From Catajapyx aquilonaris (Eukaryota): DNA of 64,000 bases. Below the pieces are notes generated by a model. That model was not told where the DNA came from and did no database searches. It worked only from the letters and a program-made list of their open reading frames with translations. Location: the NCBI GenBank assembly GCA_000934665.2, contig KZ537986.1, positions 1 to 64,000 on the forward strand, given 5' to 3'. Positions 40,621 through 52,486 of the stretch are shown here, piece by piece. Position numbers and translations under genes: made by a program. Each line of letters begins with the position of its first letter. Position 1 is the first letter of the stretch.

Positions 40621-41926
40621 AGCAGCGGGCCAGCTTGCATGGTGAGAATCCGGGAACTGCTCTAAACTATCCGCGGCGGCGGCCCCCATCTCCTTGGCGG
40701 GCCTGAGGCGACGCGATTACCAGCCCAAGTTCGCTTGTTCCTGCAGAACACCAGTGGTATTCCGGCCTCGAGCTTTCCAGCTTGTGGTGTGATCCTACAC
40801 GCACAATCCATTCCGAGACTACTTGGTGGCGAACGACCGCAACCGCAGCCAGAGTGATTTTTGTCACGCCTTCAGAACAGCCTTCAGCTCTTACTTGTCC
40901 TTCAGCACTAGCAGCGGGAGCTATTTGCCTAGTCCTATAGCTTTCGATACTGTACAGTGTACAGTACTTGCGTAATTCCTGGCCAATTCTGCATATCCCA
41001 CCTTTCCCCTAGCCTTATTCACCCAGTCAGGAGGCAACATACTAGTAGTTACGTAAAATCGAGATTACAGTACTAACACAAACCACGGTATGTTATGAGC
41101 TGCATTGCAACGCAACCGATGCCCAACCTCTCCCAAGTTGCACGTCCTTCTAGCGCCTGTGGGTTATGCAGCGCGTGCTACAAGGGTGCGGTTGCATATC
41201 GGGCCAGGATGAAGGAAAAGTGGCTCGCCAACATTCATCCCCGGACATGGATTTCCTCTCAAAAGGACAACTTCAAACGGAGTTCAACCTATCTCTCGTT
41301 TATATGCTGACAGTAGAGTGATGTAATTGCAAGGTAGAAAGGGGCCAGTTATTGCTGTTATGCCATGAAAACTAGACTCTTTCATGTTTTACGGACCTAG
41401 AAAGAAGTGAATTGTCCCATTCCATCTGCGTTCCTTTCCTCCCTACTCTATACTGTACAGTGTAACCAACCTGGAGGCGCAAATTGACCGTGACGGAATG
41501 CTGAAGAAAGGATCCTTCCCAAAATAGATGTTGTCGCTGTGCGCCATAATTATTGGCAGAGATTGTACCGGTACTTAACAATATCAGAAGCAAAAGTGCA
41601 GCTCATTTTTTCCTATTGCGTTTATGAGTTGTGAAAATCAGAGTTTGAAATTAGATGCGAGAATTTTCAGCTTTTAAATTGGCGACAGGATTTTTTTATT
41701 ATTATTATTATTTTACAGCAGTGGTAGGCCTACATGTAAATCAAGACCAATAAATTGTTTGTGCCGCGTATTACTTGCTATACTGATATGAAATGAAATC
41801 GATGATGACACAAAACTTGTTGCACAATGTGGCAACCCTTCAAAATGGGAATTATAATGTAAGTACCGACGCGACGGTACCTTTTTTTTTTTGCTTTTTT
41901 TTGCTATACACGCTTATTTCAAAACA

Positions 41927-41976
41927 TGACTCAAAAACTCCTATGACAGGCAGAGGTTTCGAATCCTGACAGCTGC
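41927..41976 (+). pseudogene. Possible 3' half of a decayed tRNA (Ser-like) or SINE fragment
   Basis: TGACTCAAAA...GGTTTCGAATCCTGACAGCTGC resembles, from memory, the anticodon loop, T-loop and 3' end of arthropod tRNA-Ser. There is no 5' half. Confidence 0.2.
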
Positions 41977-44900
41977 TATTGTCCGGAGTAATTTTAAAAC
42001 GCCAGGCACATTTCTCATTAGACAAGGAGCTTTACATGAGATTACAGTATTAGCTACAAAGAAAAAGAAGCCAATCCGTATAAAATCAAATTTAAAAAAA
42101 TAAAAATGCCAGTCCACTGCGCGTCTATAGGGATAGGCTTTACAGCTCTTTCAAATAACCCATCATTAGGCAGTGGCAGCCGGGTGCACGCTCGAATACA
42201 ATATTGGTCTTCTCCTATAATTATGTCATTGACAGCTAATCACGCCTATAGACAGCAGCACAGCGTCGAAGGGCGCACTCTTTATTTTGTAATCGCTTTC
42301 TAAAATTAGTCGACAAAATGAAAAGTTCAGAATTAATCAGACGTGCAGGTTTTCCCCTTTAATTAAAGGACCATCTCTCCCCCTCCTTTACTCGCCAATC
42401 CAGTAATTCTTCCTCCGTGATTAATGTAAATAATTTATCCGTCGGGGAGAGAGGAGTGCGGGGAGGGGGCTGGTGGAAACAAGGATTAGCGCCGTACCAT
42501 TTCTCCCAGCTCTCCGGCAGTAAAAATGCTGTAAGATTCTTAATTCGATATCATAAAAGAATAGATCCAATTTCCCAAGGAAAGGGGAGATGCTCGCTGG
42601 CTGCCACTGCACCGGATGGCCCGGAGAATAAAAAGACCCGTAGCCAGGCTCCAATTGGCGCTGGGAGCCTGATTGACCTCCCACTGAAGACTGATGAAAC
42701 CTGCAGCAACAAAGCCGAGACCCTCAACCCAAAAAAAAGCGCTTCTCTTTTCCTCTCTGGGCCTGTGTAATTCCTTTGCCGGCCGTTTCCTTGTAGGACC
42801 AACCCTGTCCTTTTATTCCCCCCTACCACCCGGACCTCCCTCCCCCTCGCAAAGTCAGCCACCGCGACAATATTGGATGCCCTTGTCCCTATCTCATCAG
42901 TAATAAAATTCCACTTTCCGGCCCGATTGATTCCTCCACTTTAATTCCTATCTGCCCGTGCGCCCGGAACAAGAGATAAGAGCCTTCACAATGTTTCTCC
43001 GAGCTACTGCGTTATATCCTCGACTCCCAGACCCTTTTTTTTAGACTTTCTTAGAAAATTCCGCTCTTATTTGCGAGCCCGCTCCTTTACAAACATTTTA
43101 TAATTGCGCCGTTGTTGGGAGAGGAAAAAAATCCGAGCTGGAGTTTCAACTGATTGCTAATCCTGTAAATGGATTTGGCTCGGATTATTAACACATGACA
43201 TGGCGGGGTTGGGAAGCCCACGCAGGCCAAACGCTACCCTATTATGTCCTGCCACACCCTGCTTAAATTACAGTTTTGTGTTGCAGTATTCAAGAGGAGA
43301 GTTGCTACTTGTTGCAGGCTGCATCTAAGCACAGCACAGTAATTAATTCCACTTCAGGCTGACTCTGCCACTGTGCGGGTTAATTACCTCCCCCATCCTT
43401 TACGGGTCTACGCGCACCGAGCTCTACTAGCAAGTGTATACAGTACAAGACTACACTGTGAAGCCTGGCCCGCCGGGTTGGGTGGGTGGTTGGTTGGATG
43501 GGGCGGGTGGCGCCACTCAGACTACAACATATAATTGCTGGGGCCACAACACTATCTGGCCGAGTCTTTGACCGGCCTTCGTTACCATGTGTAGAGCAGG
43601 GCACACGGCGCATTGAACAAATTTTAACAACGTGTACAGTATCCCAGCGTACAAGAGGGGCGTCAGAGAGCCGATTAACCGCTCCCACGGATTACGGATA
43701 ATTCCTAGGCGAGGTAGGGGTGGGGTGTGTGCGAGAGAGAGAGAGAGAAGGGGAAAAAAATGCTGCGAGGGAACCCGATAAAGTGGGCCGCGAAACTCAG
43801 TAATCGGTGTACAAATTTCTAAATTCCATTAGCGCTTCCCAGGGATAATATATTTACTCAATTCGCCAGAATAATGTGTTTACCTCATTACGCCTGGTAT
43901 TTCGTAATTTACCGAGGTTTCATTACACTTTCATCCAACTCGTTTGCACTTTACATGACCCGCGACCATAAAGCAGGCATTTTAACAATGCCGAAAGGCC
44001 CCCGAAATTTAGTGTATTTGCTGCCCACAAATGCAGATACTTAAGCCATATATCGCGCGGATTTATGACAACGCCTCACTCAAGTTTCGCGATAAAAGCA
44101 ACTAATGGGGGAGGCAAATTATTTACAAATCTAATAATACGCAACCGCATTATTAGGAGCGGGGGTCTTCCGGGTAAGCACGACCTATAAATCTCAGACT
44201 TGGGGTTGTTGGATGTGCCAGCCAGCTTAGCCGCCAATAAATAAATCGGCAGATAAATCCGGGCACATCTACACCGGGCGACACTTGGGCTTCCCCTCTA
44301 CCTACTCTCCTGGACGCCATATTACAAAATCCTCCAAGTTGGAAAGCCACCTCCCCCCCCCCTCTCTCTCTCCATCCTCGGTTCCTCCCACCCCTGCCCC
44401 CCTCCGAACACTCCTCATCAGAGCTATAGCCTTCCGCCAACTGCCAGACGCAGGCCTCCTCAGTAAATTATGCACGCCCAGTGTATCTGGTGAAAATCAT
44501 CAGGGATTATGCAGTCTGGCAAGTGACGACCATTAGCCCCCCTCCCCCTCCCTACTCCTCCCCTCATAGCCCCCATCTACCCTCACCGCACGACCGGTAA
44601 ATCGGCTGCTTGAAATTAGTCAACCCATCAGGATTGATAGTTTCTCTGCTTAGTGCTCTCCACACCTCTCATACAGGGTTGTACGCAAAGACAGATCCAA
44701 ATTTTTCCGAAGCGGTGTCAGACAAGCCCAATGACAGCTTGGTTGCGTTTCTTAATTGGCACCCAGTAAAACGGACGTTGGTCCAGACCTGAGAGGGGCA
44801 AAATACAATCCATTTTGCTGGTGCCCACCCAAAATTGCAGGACAGTAAAACCTAGTCAGGACCGGACGTGCCAGGGGTTAAGGGTCCGTCTCGAAGCGGC

Positions 44901-45819
44901 GGCAGCTAACTCACACGTGCCCCTCCTCTCAGCAATGTCGATATATCAATCCGGGTTCGGTGGGGAACTGCCACGACCACGAATTATCGGGACGCCGGTG
45001 AAAGATTTAGGGGCCTCCGTATTATTTCCAGCTAATCTTTCATTCCGAGCGGCTCTCAACCCGAGAACCCCCCTCCCCCTCCCCCGCACCAGATCTTCCG
45101 AAAAAATGGTGCCCCGCCCGTTTTTATGACACCGTTTTCTGTCCTGGCCTCCACTTGTGGAGAATAACGCGTACCCAGCTTTTCTTCTTGCTTTTTTAAG
45201 AACGTTCCCGGGTGGCTACAAGTAGGTCCGAGGCGGTTGTCGCTTTTGTTCCGATGCTTACACTGCACTGTACTGAAGGCTTCCTGCATTGAAGGAGCCT
45301 GACAGCTGGATACGACAACCTTTCCTTTCCTGCAAATAATATGTCCCATCTTGAACCAAGTTTCCAATGCATGACAAATAAGTGCCTTCAGGTGAGTAGC
45401 ATCGCCCCCAAACTTCCACTCCCGTCCAACCACCAAAAAAAAAAAAAGATGGCTTCTGCAAGGACAGCCCTCCCAATAGTTGTGAAAGTATCGCCTGTAA
45501 AATCCCAGCAGCTGCGCCCGCCCTACAAAGAGGGCCTTGAATGCCGAGTTTCTCTACAATGGCCTCGGTTACGGAGTTTCTACTTCAGAAGCCAAACGGC
45601 CGGTCTGATGGCATGGCTCCTCTGTCGAACCATATTTTACTGCCCTTTTACGGCTTAGCAAACGGCAAGAACCTATTGGAATGTCTGCAGGGGGGGAAAT
45701 CGCCTCGTCCTCCTGCGGTCACTTCGATACCAAAGTAATTGCCTGGATACTTATCTGCATTTAGTGCTGCGGGTGGGCAATTTCGTTCGCGTATACTACG
45801 AGGGATGAAAGCCAGTCTG

Positions 45820-45852
45820 ACTCACCTAGAAAGGAAGAGAGGACACAGTTAG
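45820..45852 (-). other. Candidate recursive splice site (ratchet point), junction 45826/45825
   Basis: The minus strand reads GCTAAC-TGTGTCCTCTCTTCCTTTCTAG|GTGAGT: branch point, long AG-free pyrimidine tract, and a TAG acceptor fused to a consensus GTGAGT donor. Confidence 0.7.
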
Positions 45853-47846
45853 CTTCGTGTATACGCACACACTACGAACAGGAACATGCACACCGTTAAT
45901 ATGACGTATAACACAACAGAAGCGCTGTTTAACACTAATGTAATTAATTGGAAAGTAATTGCGAGGGAGAAATTCGCAGGTAATTCCTCCCTTGGCTTAA
46001 AGAAGGGTGGTTTCTGTGAAACTGTCAAAATTGCATTTTCTGGTGCATATCATACATATTTTTGAATTAGTTCATGCTTCCGATTGTGTTCACCTGCAGG
46101 CAATTACTTCATTGCCAATACAGGGTGATGAGTTTAGGAATAATTGATGATTGAGGCTCCTTGCGAATTCCACTGGGGAAAAATTATTACAAACCCTCAA
46201 CTTCCAAGACCAGATTTTCAGTATTCAGAGAACCCTTATTTAAAAACGCAAATTCGCTTTTTCGTCTATTACTGTGAACAACATTCGCTAAAAATTGTGA
46301 GGGTTCACTGCAAAATCGACCCTGGCAGGGATACTGTTAGCAAAAAGATAAGAAATTCAAGGTCATTACCGCCTGTCCATCCTGCTCATCCGCGACGAGT
46401 GTACAACCTCCCCTCCCACTCTCCCCCACCTGCCCTCTTCCCACTGATGCCTACAATAAATTCCTATACCCTGCCAAATTGACATCACGTGGAAGCCTCC
46501 GAACAGGTCCATTACTCGTTGTCTGCAGGACCAGCGGCTCAGAGAATGAAAATGAATGTCTCGTCACCGGGAAAGAAAAACAAGAAGGCGGGCTGGAAGG
46601 AACGAAGCGTCAGAAAAACGGAAAGAAAAATAATTCCACGAGGGAAGGAGAGGAAATGACGCATGCACAACGCAAAGGGCGGAATCATGCAGAACTTTTT
46701 TTTCTTTTTTCTTTTTGAAACGAAAGGAATTCTGCCACTCGTTTTGCTATTCATGGTATTTGCCATACAAAGGCCACGAGAAAATAGCTCCCAGCGACCT
46801 ATCCTACGGTCGCAGAAAAGAAGAGGTAGGGGAAAGAGAGAAAAAAATCTTCTCCTTAACTTGGTGTTTCCCGCAGCAATGAAACACAAACAAAACGCTC
46901 CACCGCTTTGAAGAATTCAATTACTGCGAGACTAACAACCTCACGGTCCATTTTTTCCTTCCCTGCATGAAAAGGTGAGGGCCCGACTTTATATGGAAAA
47001 AAAGGAGGTAAAAAGAGGACACGGGCTTTGTTGCCCCTCTTTCCCCCGTGCATGAGAGTTAATTTGCACCCAGGACGCCATTGTATGCTCTGCATTGTTT
47101 ATCTTGCTAACAATTAATCCTCCAAGGAAGATGAGCAGTTACCACCAACACCTACTTTGTAAACCGCCGCGAAACATGACGTTTTCATAAAGTTCGTGTC
47201 AAATAAGCTGCATAAGCTGACTAATCATCTCCAAGAACACATTTCAATTTACTGGGGTCATTCTTTAACCCCCTTCTCTCCGGAAACGCATGATCACCTG
47301 AACTAATCCCCACAAGCGATCCAAATGGTAACGATTCATAAAATAATCTCAATTGACGCTAAAAATCTCATCTCGGTTTTTTAAAAACCGCGGGTAAAAA
47401 ACTCCCTAAAGAAATTTCCATAATATATTGCCATATTCTTTGGCGATGAAAAGTCCATAACCTTGCGGGCGTGGCGTATAAAAATCTTGAAATGTCACTC
47501 TTGACGCAAATCGCTGCAAGAATCGTCGGTGACGTACCAGCCCCCACTTTCTTCTCTCCGTTAATTGCTATCATCATTCACACTGCACTGCTGAGCGATT
47601 CAACTCACCATCCATCTTATACATACTAAGCATTCCCAGCGGTGTAAAGAACAATGTTTATTTTCTTTATCCCCCCTCCCCAAACCGTGTCCCTCGTTCT
47701 CCAATGCAAATTACAATCAAACGCCAGTTATTTGGCTCAAAATAACAATGCTAATATTCATCCCATTCCCCATCATGTGAGTGAGAAGCAAACAGTTATT
47801 CTTAATACCTCACCATAATACAAAAATAATGTGAACCGAATATGCA

Positions 47847-47849
<3 letters not shown>

Positions 47850-47930
<81 letters not shown>
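47850..47930. repeat. (TTA)n microsatellite, about 27 perfect units
   Basis: Directly visible; it generates the poly-Asn ORF. Confidence 0.99.
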
Positions 47931-50900
47931 GGCATAGCTAGCAGGTTTCTCATGTCAGGAAAGAAACTATTTATATTCAGCTCCTGAATACTGTCAACCT
48001 CTCCAGAGTACAGATACACTTCACTAAGAGAAAGAAAGGCCTGTCTGAATACCAACCGAGGAAGAAATAAGAAGGAAGGGGAGGCAGCTTCAGCTCCCCG
48101 TTTCCCCAAAAAGTCGGTCGACGGCCACCAAGGGCCCATCCTAGGCTCCTTCCTCACGTTTCATGTGTAAGAGTCAGAAATGGTATATCCTCTCTAGGGA
48201 TCCACAAAGAAGATACGAGGACGGGAGTTTGCATATACGCGTCTGGCCCGGTAAAAGAGAGAGAGAGGAGGTGAAATGTATTTATAAGGAAGAGGATGGG
48301 GGGATGGGTGGGAGGGGAAGGGACCGTGACTGGGGCTGGAAACAATGTCAAGAAAGCAATTTGGTTTTTAGAGTTTTCAAGCAACCAATTTCGGTAACTA
48401 CCCGCAACTTTTATACAACAGGCACTAGCCTAGTTGAGCAGCGCCCGTCTCCCCTTACTCTTCTTCGCCCAGAAATTTCCTTCACAGCTCTCTCGTGTTA
48501 GAGAGCAGCAATTTAGTAAGGAGTTCGTGATTCTATTTCCATTTATTATGGCTCGGCAAGTGGGGAAGATTATGCATCAGACATTCTATGGATTGTGAAG
48601 TTGGAATCGAGGGATGAGAGAACACCCCCAGAGTGGTGGGTGAGGGGAGGGGGAAGATGGAGAAAAAAAAGTAAGGGAGGAAGAAAGGGAGATACCATGT
48701 TCGGATCTATCAGACAGCAGGTAATTGATCATGTCAAGTGGCAGACGCCTGAAAAACAAATCTCGCTTGAAATCGCGCCCGTTCAAACAATTACTGATAT
48801 TTTCTCACGGATTAAAAAATCTCTCCGGATAGAGAAAGAGCACAAAGCTTCCAGGTCGTACCGTGGTAGCGACAAAATAATGACACCTGAGGCGATGCTG
48901 AAAACTTTGCAGGGAACAAATAAGGGCAATTTTCATCATCGTAACGTTTCCTGGCAGGATTAGTACGTTCGTAACTCCTTAATTGCTCGGTCCCCGCCGG
49001 GCCATCGGAATGGACAGGCCGCCATCAGTCTGGCTCCTTAGGCCGGTCATAAACCCAGTGCCAATACCCCAAGTCATCCCACCTTGACACGAAGGAAACG
49101 AAAATCCGAGGCCAATCCCCCCGTCCCCGGAAACCTCCTCTTTCCTTTTTCCCCGTCCCTTTATTTGCATTGGCATAAAATCCACCTTTAAATTCCCGCC
49201 GCTGAGCCTTCCTGCTTTTGCCTCCCCCCCGAAGCCCTACCTAAGCCCCATCCGACTTTGGGATGTCTGTGATGGGGGTGGAAGGAAGAACAAAACACGG
49301 GGCTGGGGGGCCATCATCCTTCCTCTCCTGCTGCTGGAGGGAACAAAGAAGAGAAAGTCGATCCCCACGAAACGGATTTTTGCTACATGGCTCACTACGT
49401 GCGAGGGGTGTACATGACATGCCCCTCGGACAAGTTCGACGTGGGAGCGCATAAAAATCGGGGCCTCTTCCATCCCTCCCTCCCCATTCTCCCAGTCCTC
49501 CCCAGCCTCCCCAGCCTCCCTCCCAACCCCAGGACCGACGGTCACGTTGAAGGAAATCTACTGTAATGGCGCGCAGAAGCCACTCTCCGAGCATTTTTGG
49601 GCTTGCAGCCAGCCAGCCTCCGTTTGGAAGCATTAACAATCGCAGGGGTTCCATCCCCCTCACCACACACATACGCACACACCCTCACAAAAAAAAAAGG
49701 AGAAAGGAAAATCTGCTGCCCCGCCCTTATTCATCGGACAATTTGCGAGGACAGGGTTAACGCGTACGACCAGATTGGTCTTCGACCGATACCGTGACCT
49801 TAGTCTTTGCCAAAAAAAAAAAAAAAATCAAAAAAAATCGATGAGGCATATGGCTCTGAGCGGATCGCATCTGAAAGTTAAAACTTCCAGATGTTGCAAT
49901 GACATACCGTGCACTACGTCATTCCCCCAGAATAAGCAATTTTTTAAAAAAATGGAGGGGAAAAAGTGGTGACAAAAGTGAGACAAAGCAATGATGTAGT
50001 AGCCTGAAAATAATTCCCCGAAAACAATTTGAAACCGTGCAACATGTGTGTCGCTCTGCACTTTAGAGCTCGCCATGGTCAAATGACCCGATAGGCCTAG
50101 CATGCCTACAACCGTGGGTGGAGCGGGAGTAACCAAGCCCATTAGCACAGAGTCCACACAAATTCACACACACGGCACGGTACAGTAGGAATTAATCGCC
50201 ATGAACAATCACCGGTAACAAATGGAAAGGTAAACACGGGGCAAAACAGTGCGATTGCATGACTGCGACGCATGTACCGCCCTGAAATAAAAGCTCCCGC
50301 TGCATTTGAACACGTGCAGATAAATCACAGTGGGGGAAACCTGTGTGAGGATGAACTGCCGGACTGATGAAAAGCTTGTCCCTAACAGCACTTTGGCAGT
50401 GCAATCATTGTGACGCACGCTAGGGAAAACATCGGCTGCAGCTCACAAATACAACCCCTGCCCCCCAAAAACCCAGAAAAAAAAGGAATGTAATTCGCAA
50501 AACCTGCCAGTTGAGGAACGTCCGCTCTCCATCACACTGCTCCGTGTCAATTGGGTGCAAAAGTAATCATAACATTCTTGATGGGAAGGGGTTGGGGGGG
50601 CCAAAAGAGGCGTAATCAGTGCCAACCGGCGGCGCCATTCGTGACCGTGAAAACGTCCGTTTGGACGCGACGGCTCTTGATCATATGGTGGGAGGGAAAT
50701 GTGGGCTCATTAGGTGCAATTTTCATAGCTCCCAGCCGTCGTATTCAAGCGGCGCTCATTCGTCTTGTTTGTGGCTAACGTCATCTTTAGAGGAGAAAGA
50801 CGAGTCTGAGCGGCCTTTCCCAGAGATTACGGCCGCTTCTCGACGCTGACTGATTACCAGCTTTTGTCTTTTTCTGTCCTCTCGCTTATGTGCTCATGCT

Positions 50901-52455
50901 CAATTTGGGTCCATTCACAACCGACGGACTACGCGGACCTTCCGCAAGGATTCCAATCCCAAGCGATACAAGTACTCGATGCCTAATCATATTACAGACA
51001 TTTTAAAATAAATGGTACCTCACACTATAGGTCTCAAATGCGATATAAAATGACATTCGACTCAACTGAGCCATGTAACAGAGTGGGGCAAGAGAATTAC
51101 GCACAACCCAGAGTTACGCATCATGATATGGTATGTATTATGACCAGCCGACGCGACGGTCACAAAGGAATGGTTGGCCAACTAATTACAGTCATTCTTC
51201 CCCGACCAAAAAATCAAACAATAAAGTACGGCATCACCACACAACCACAACCCATGGTAAGCATATGCACAATAGGAAGCTTTTATTTATGTTCAATATT
51301 TCAAGCAGGCAGGAAATTAATAACGAATCAGCCCCACATTTACCCTAGTAATACCCTGTTTATGCCATTTGTGGGGGGTAATTCATTTGTTTCGTTGCTA
51401 GCAAATTAAATTTTTGCTCGTTTGGAAACTGGGGGCAAGGGAGAGGGGAGAGAGGAGTGGACAGAATACGAGGACAGAGAAATACACTGCAGGTGTAGGT
51501 TGGATAGTTAGGTAGTTGAATTTAGGACTCGAGCTCATTCCACATTTTTCGACGTGTGGGCAGTTTTAGGGAATTCATATTTTAAGAGCGGTTAGGATCG
51601 CTGTGAAGATGCATTTAAATATCTCCAATTACGGAAAAGAGGCAGTACAGCCTTTTAAAAAACCTAAAGCCGATACAAAACCGAAAAACGAGCTTCAGCA
51701 CAAAATACGTATCAATTGCCAAAACGGGTTCGCCAATTCTACTAAACATTTATACCAGTGATTGTCAAAATGTGGTCTGACAAGCGAGTCCCTCTGTTGT
51801 TCCACCAAGTGACTCGAAACACCGAACCTTGTCTTTGGTTCTTGCAGCCAAATAAAACTTGAAAAGTTCGCAATTCCTAATTATAAATATGCCACAGCTA
51901 AATATACCTGTCACAAGTTACAGACACCTGCAACCAAAGCCATTAGGATAACAGACGATTCACAAAACTATGTCTACAGGACACCTGTACAGGTTTAAGC
52001 GCTACAGGGGCAACTCACTGTTTACAACTAAAAACATACAACTTTCACCTACAGTGAACTGGTTAACAGTAACGCCAAGTGTGCAATTAACTTCGCCCGG
52101 TATTAATTCATTCACAGCCGTACTGTACAGTGCTTTGCTTCCACGGATTCTCTCGGCCATATTTTCCTAAACAGTATGAAACCTGTGCCACAACACCCTT
52201 CACGGCTGGCGATCATCCGGCCGTGACTTATTGTCCCACATAACAGTGCAGTGCATCAAACTAGCTTCTGGTAATTTCCAGCTGGGGCCAAAGGCAGCGG
52301 TGGAGGTTAGTCACACCCTCCTCTATTCTACCCCTCCTCCCCTGCCCCACTACCACCACACTTCCGCCCAAGCTCAGCTAAGCTGTCTTGTCTTGAATTT
52401 CGGTTACTTCACAATCGATACAATTCAAGGCAAGTAGCAAGGCCCCCGGCCTCAG

Positions 52456-52486
52456 CTCTCTCTCTCTCTCCCTCTCTCTCTCTCTC
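52456..52486. repeat. (CT)n microsatellite with one interruption
   Basis: Directly visible. Confidence 0.95.
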
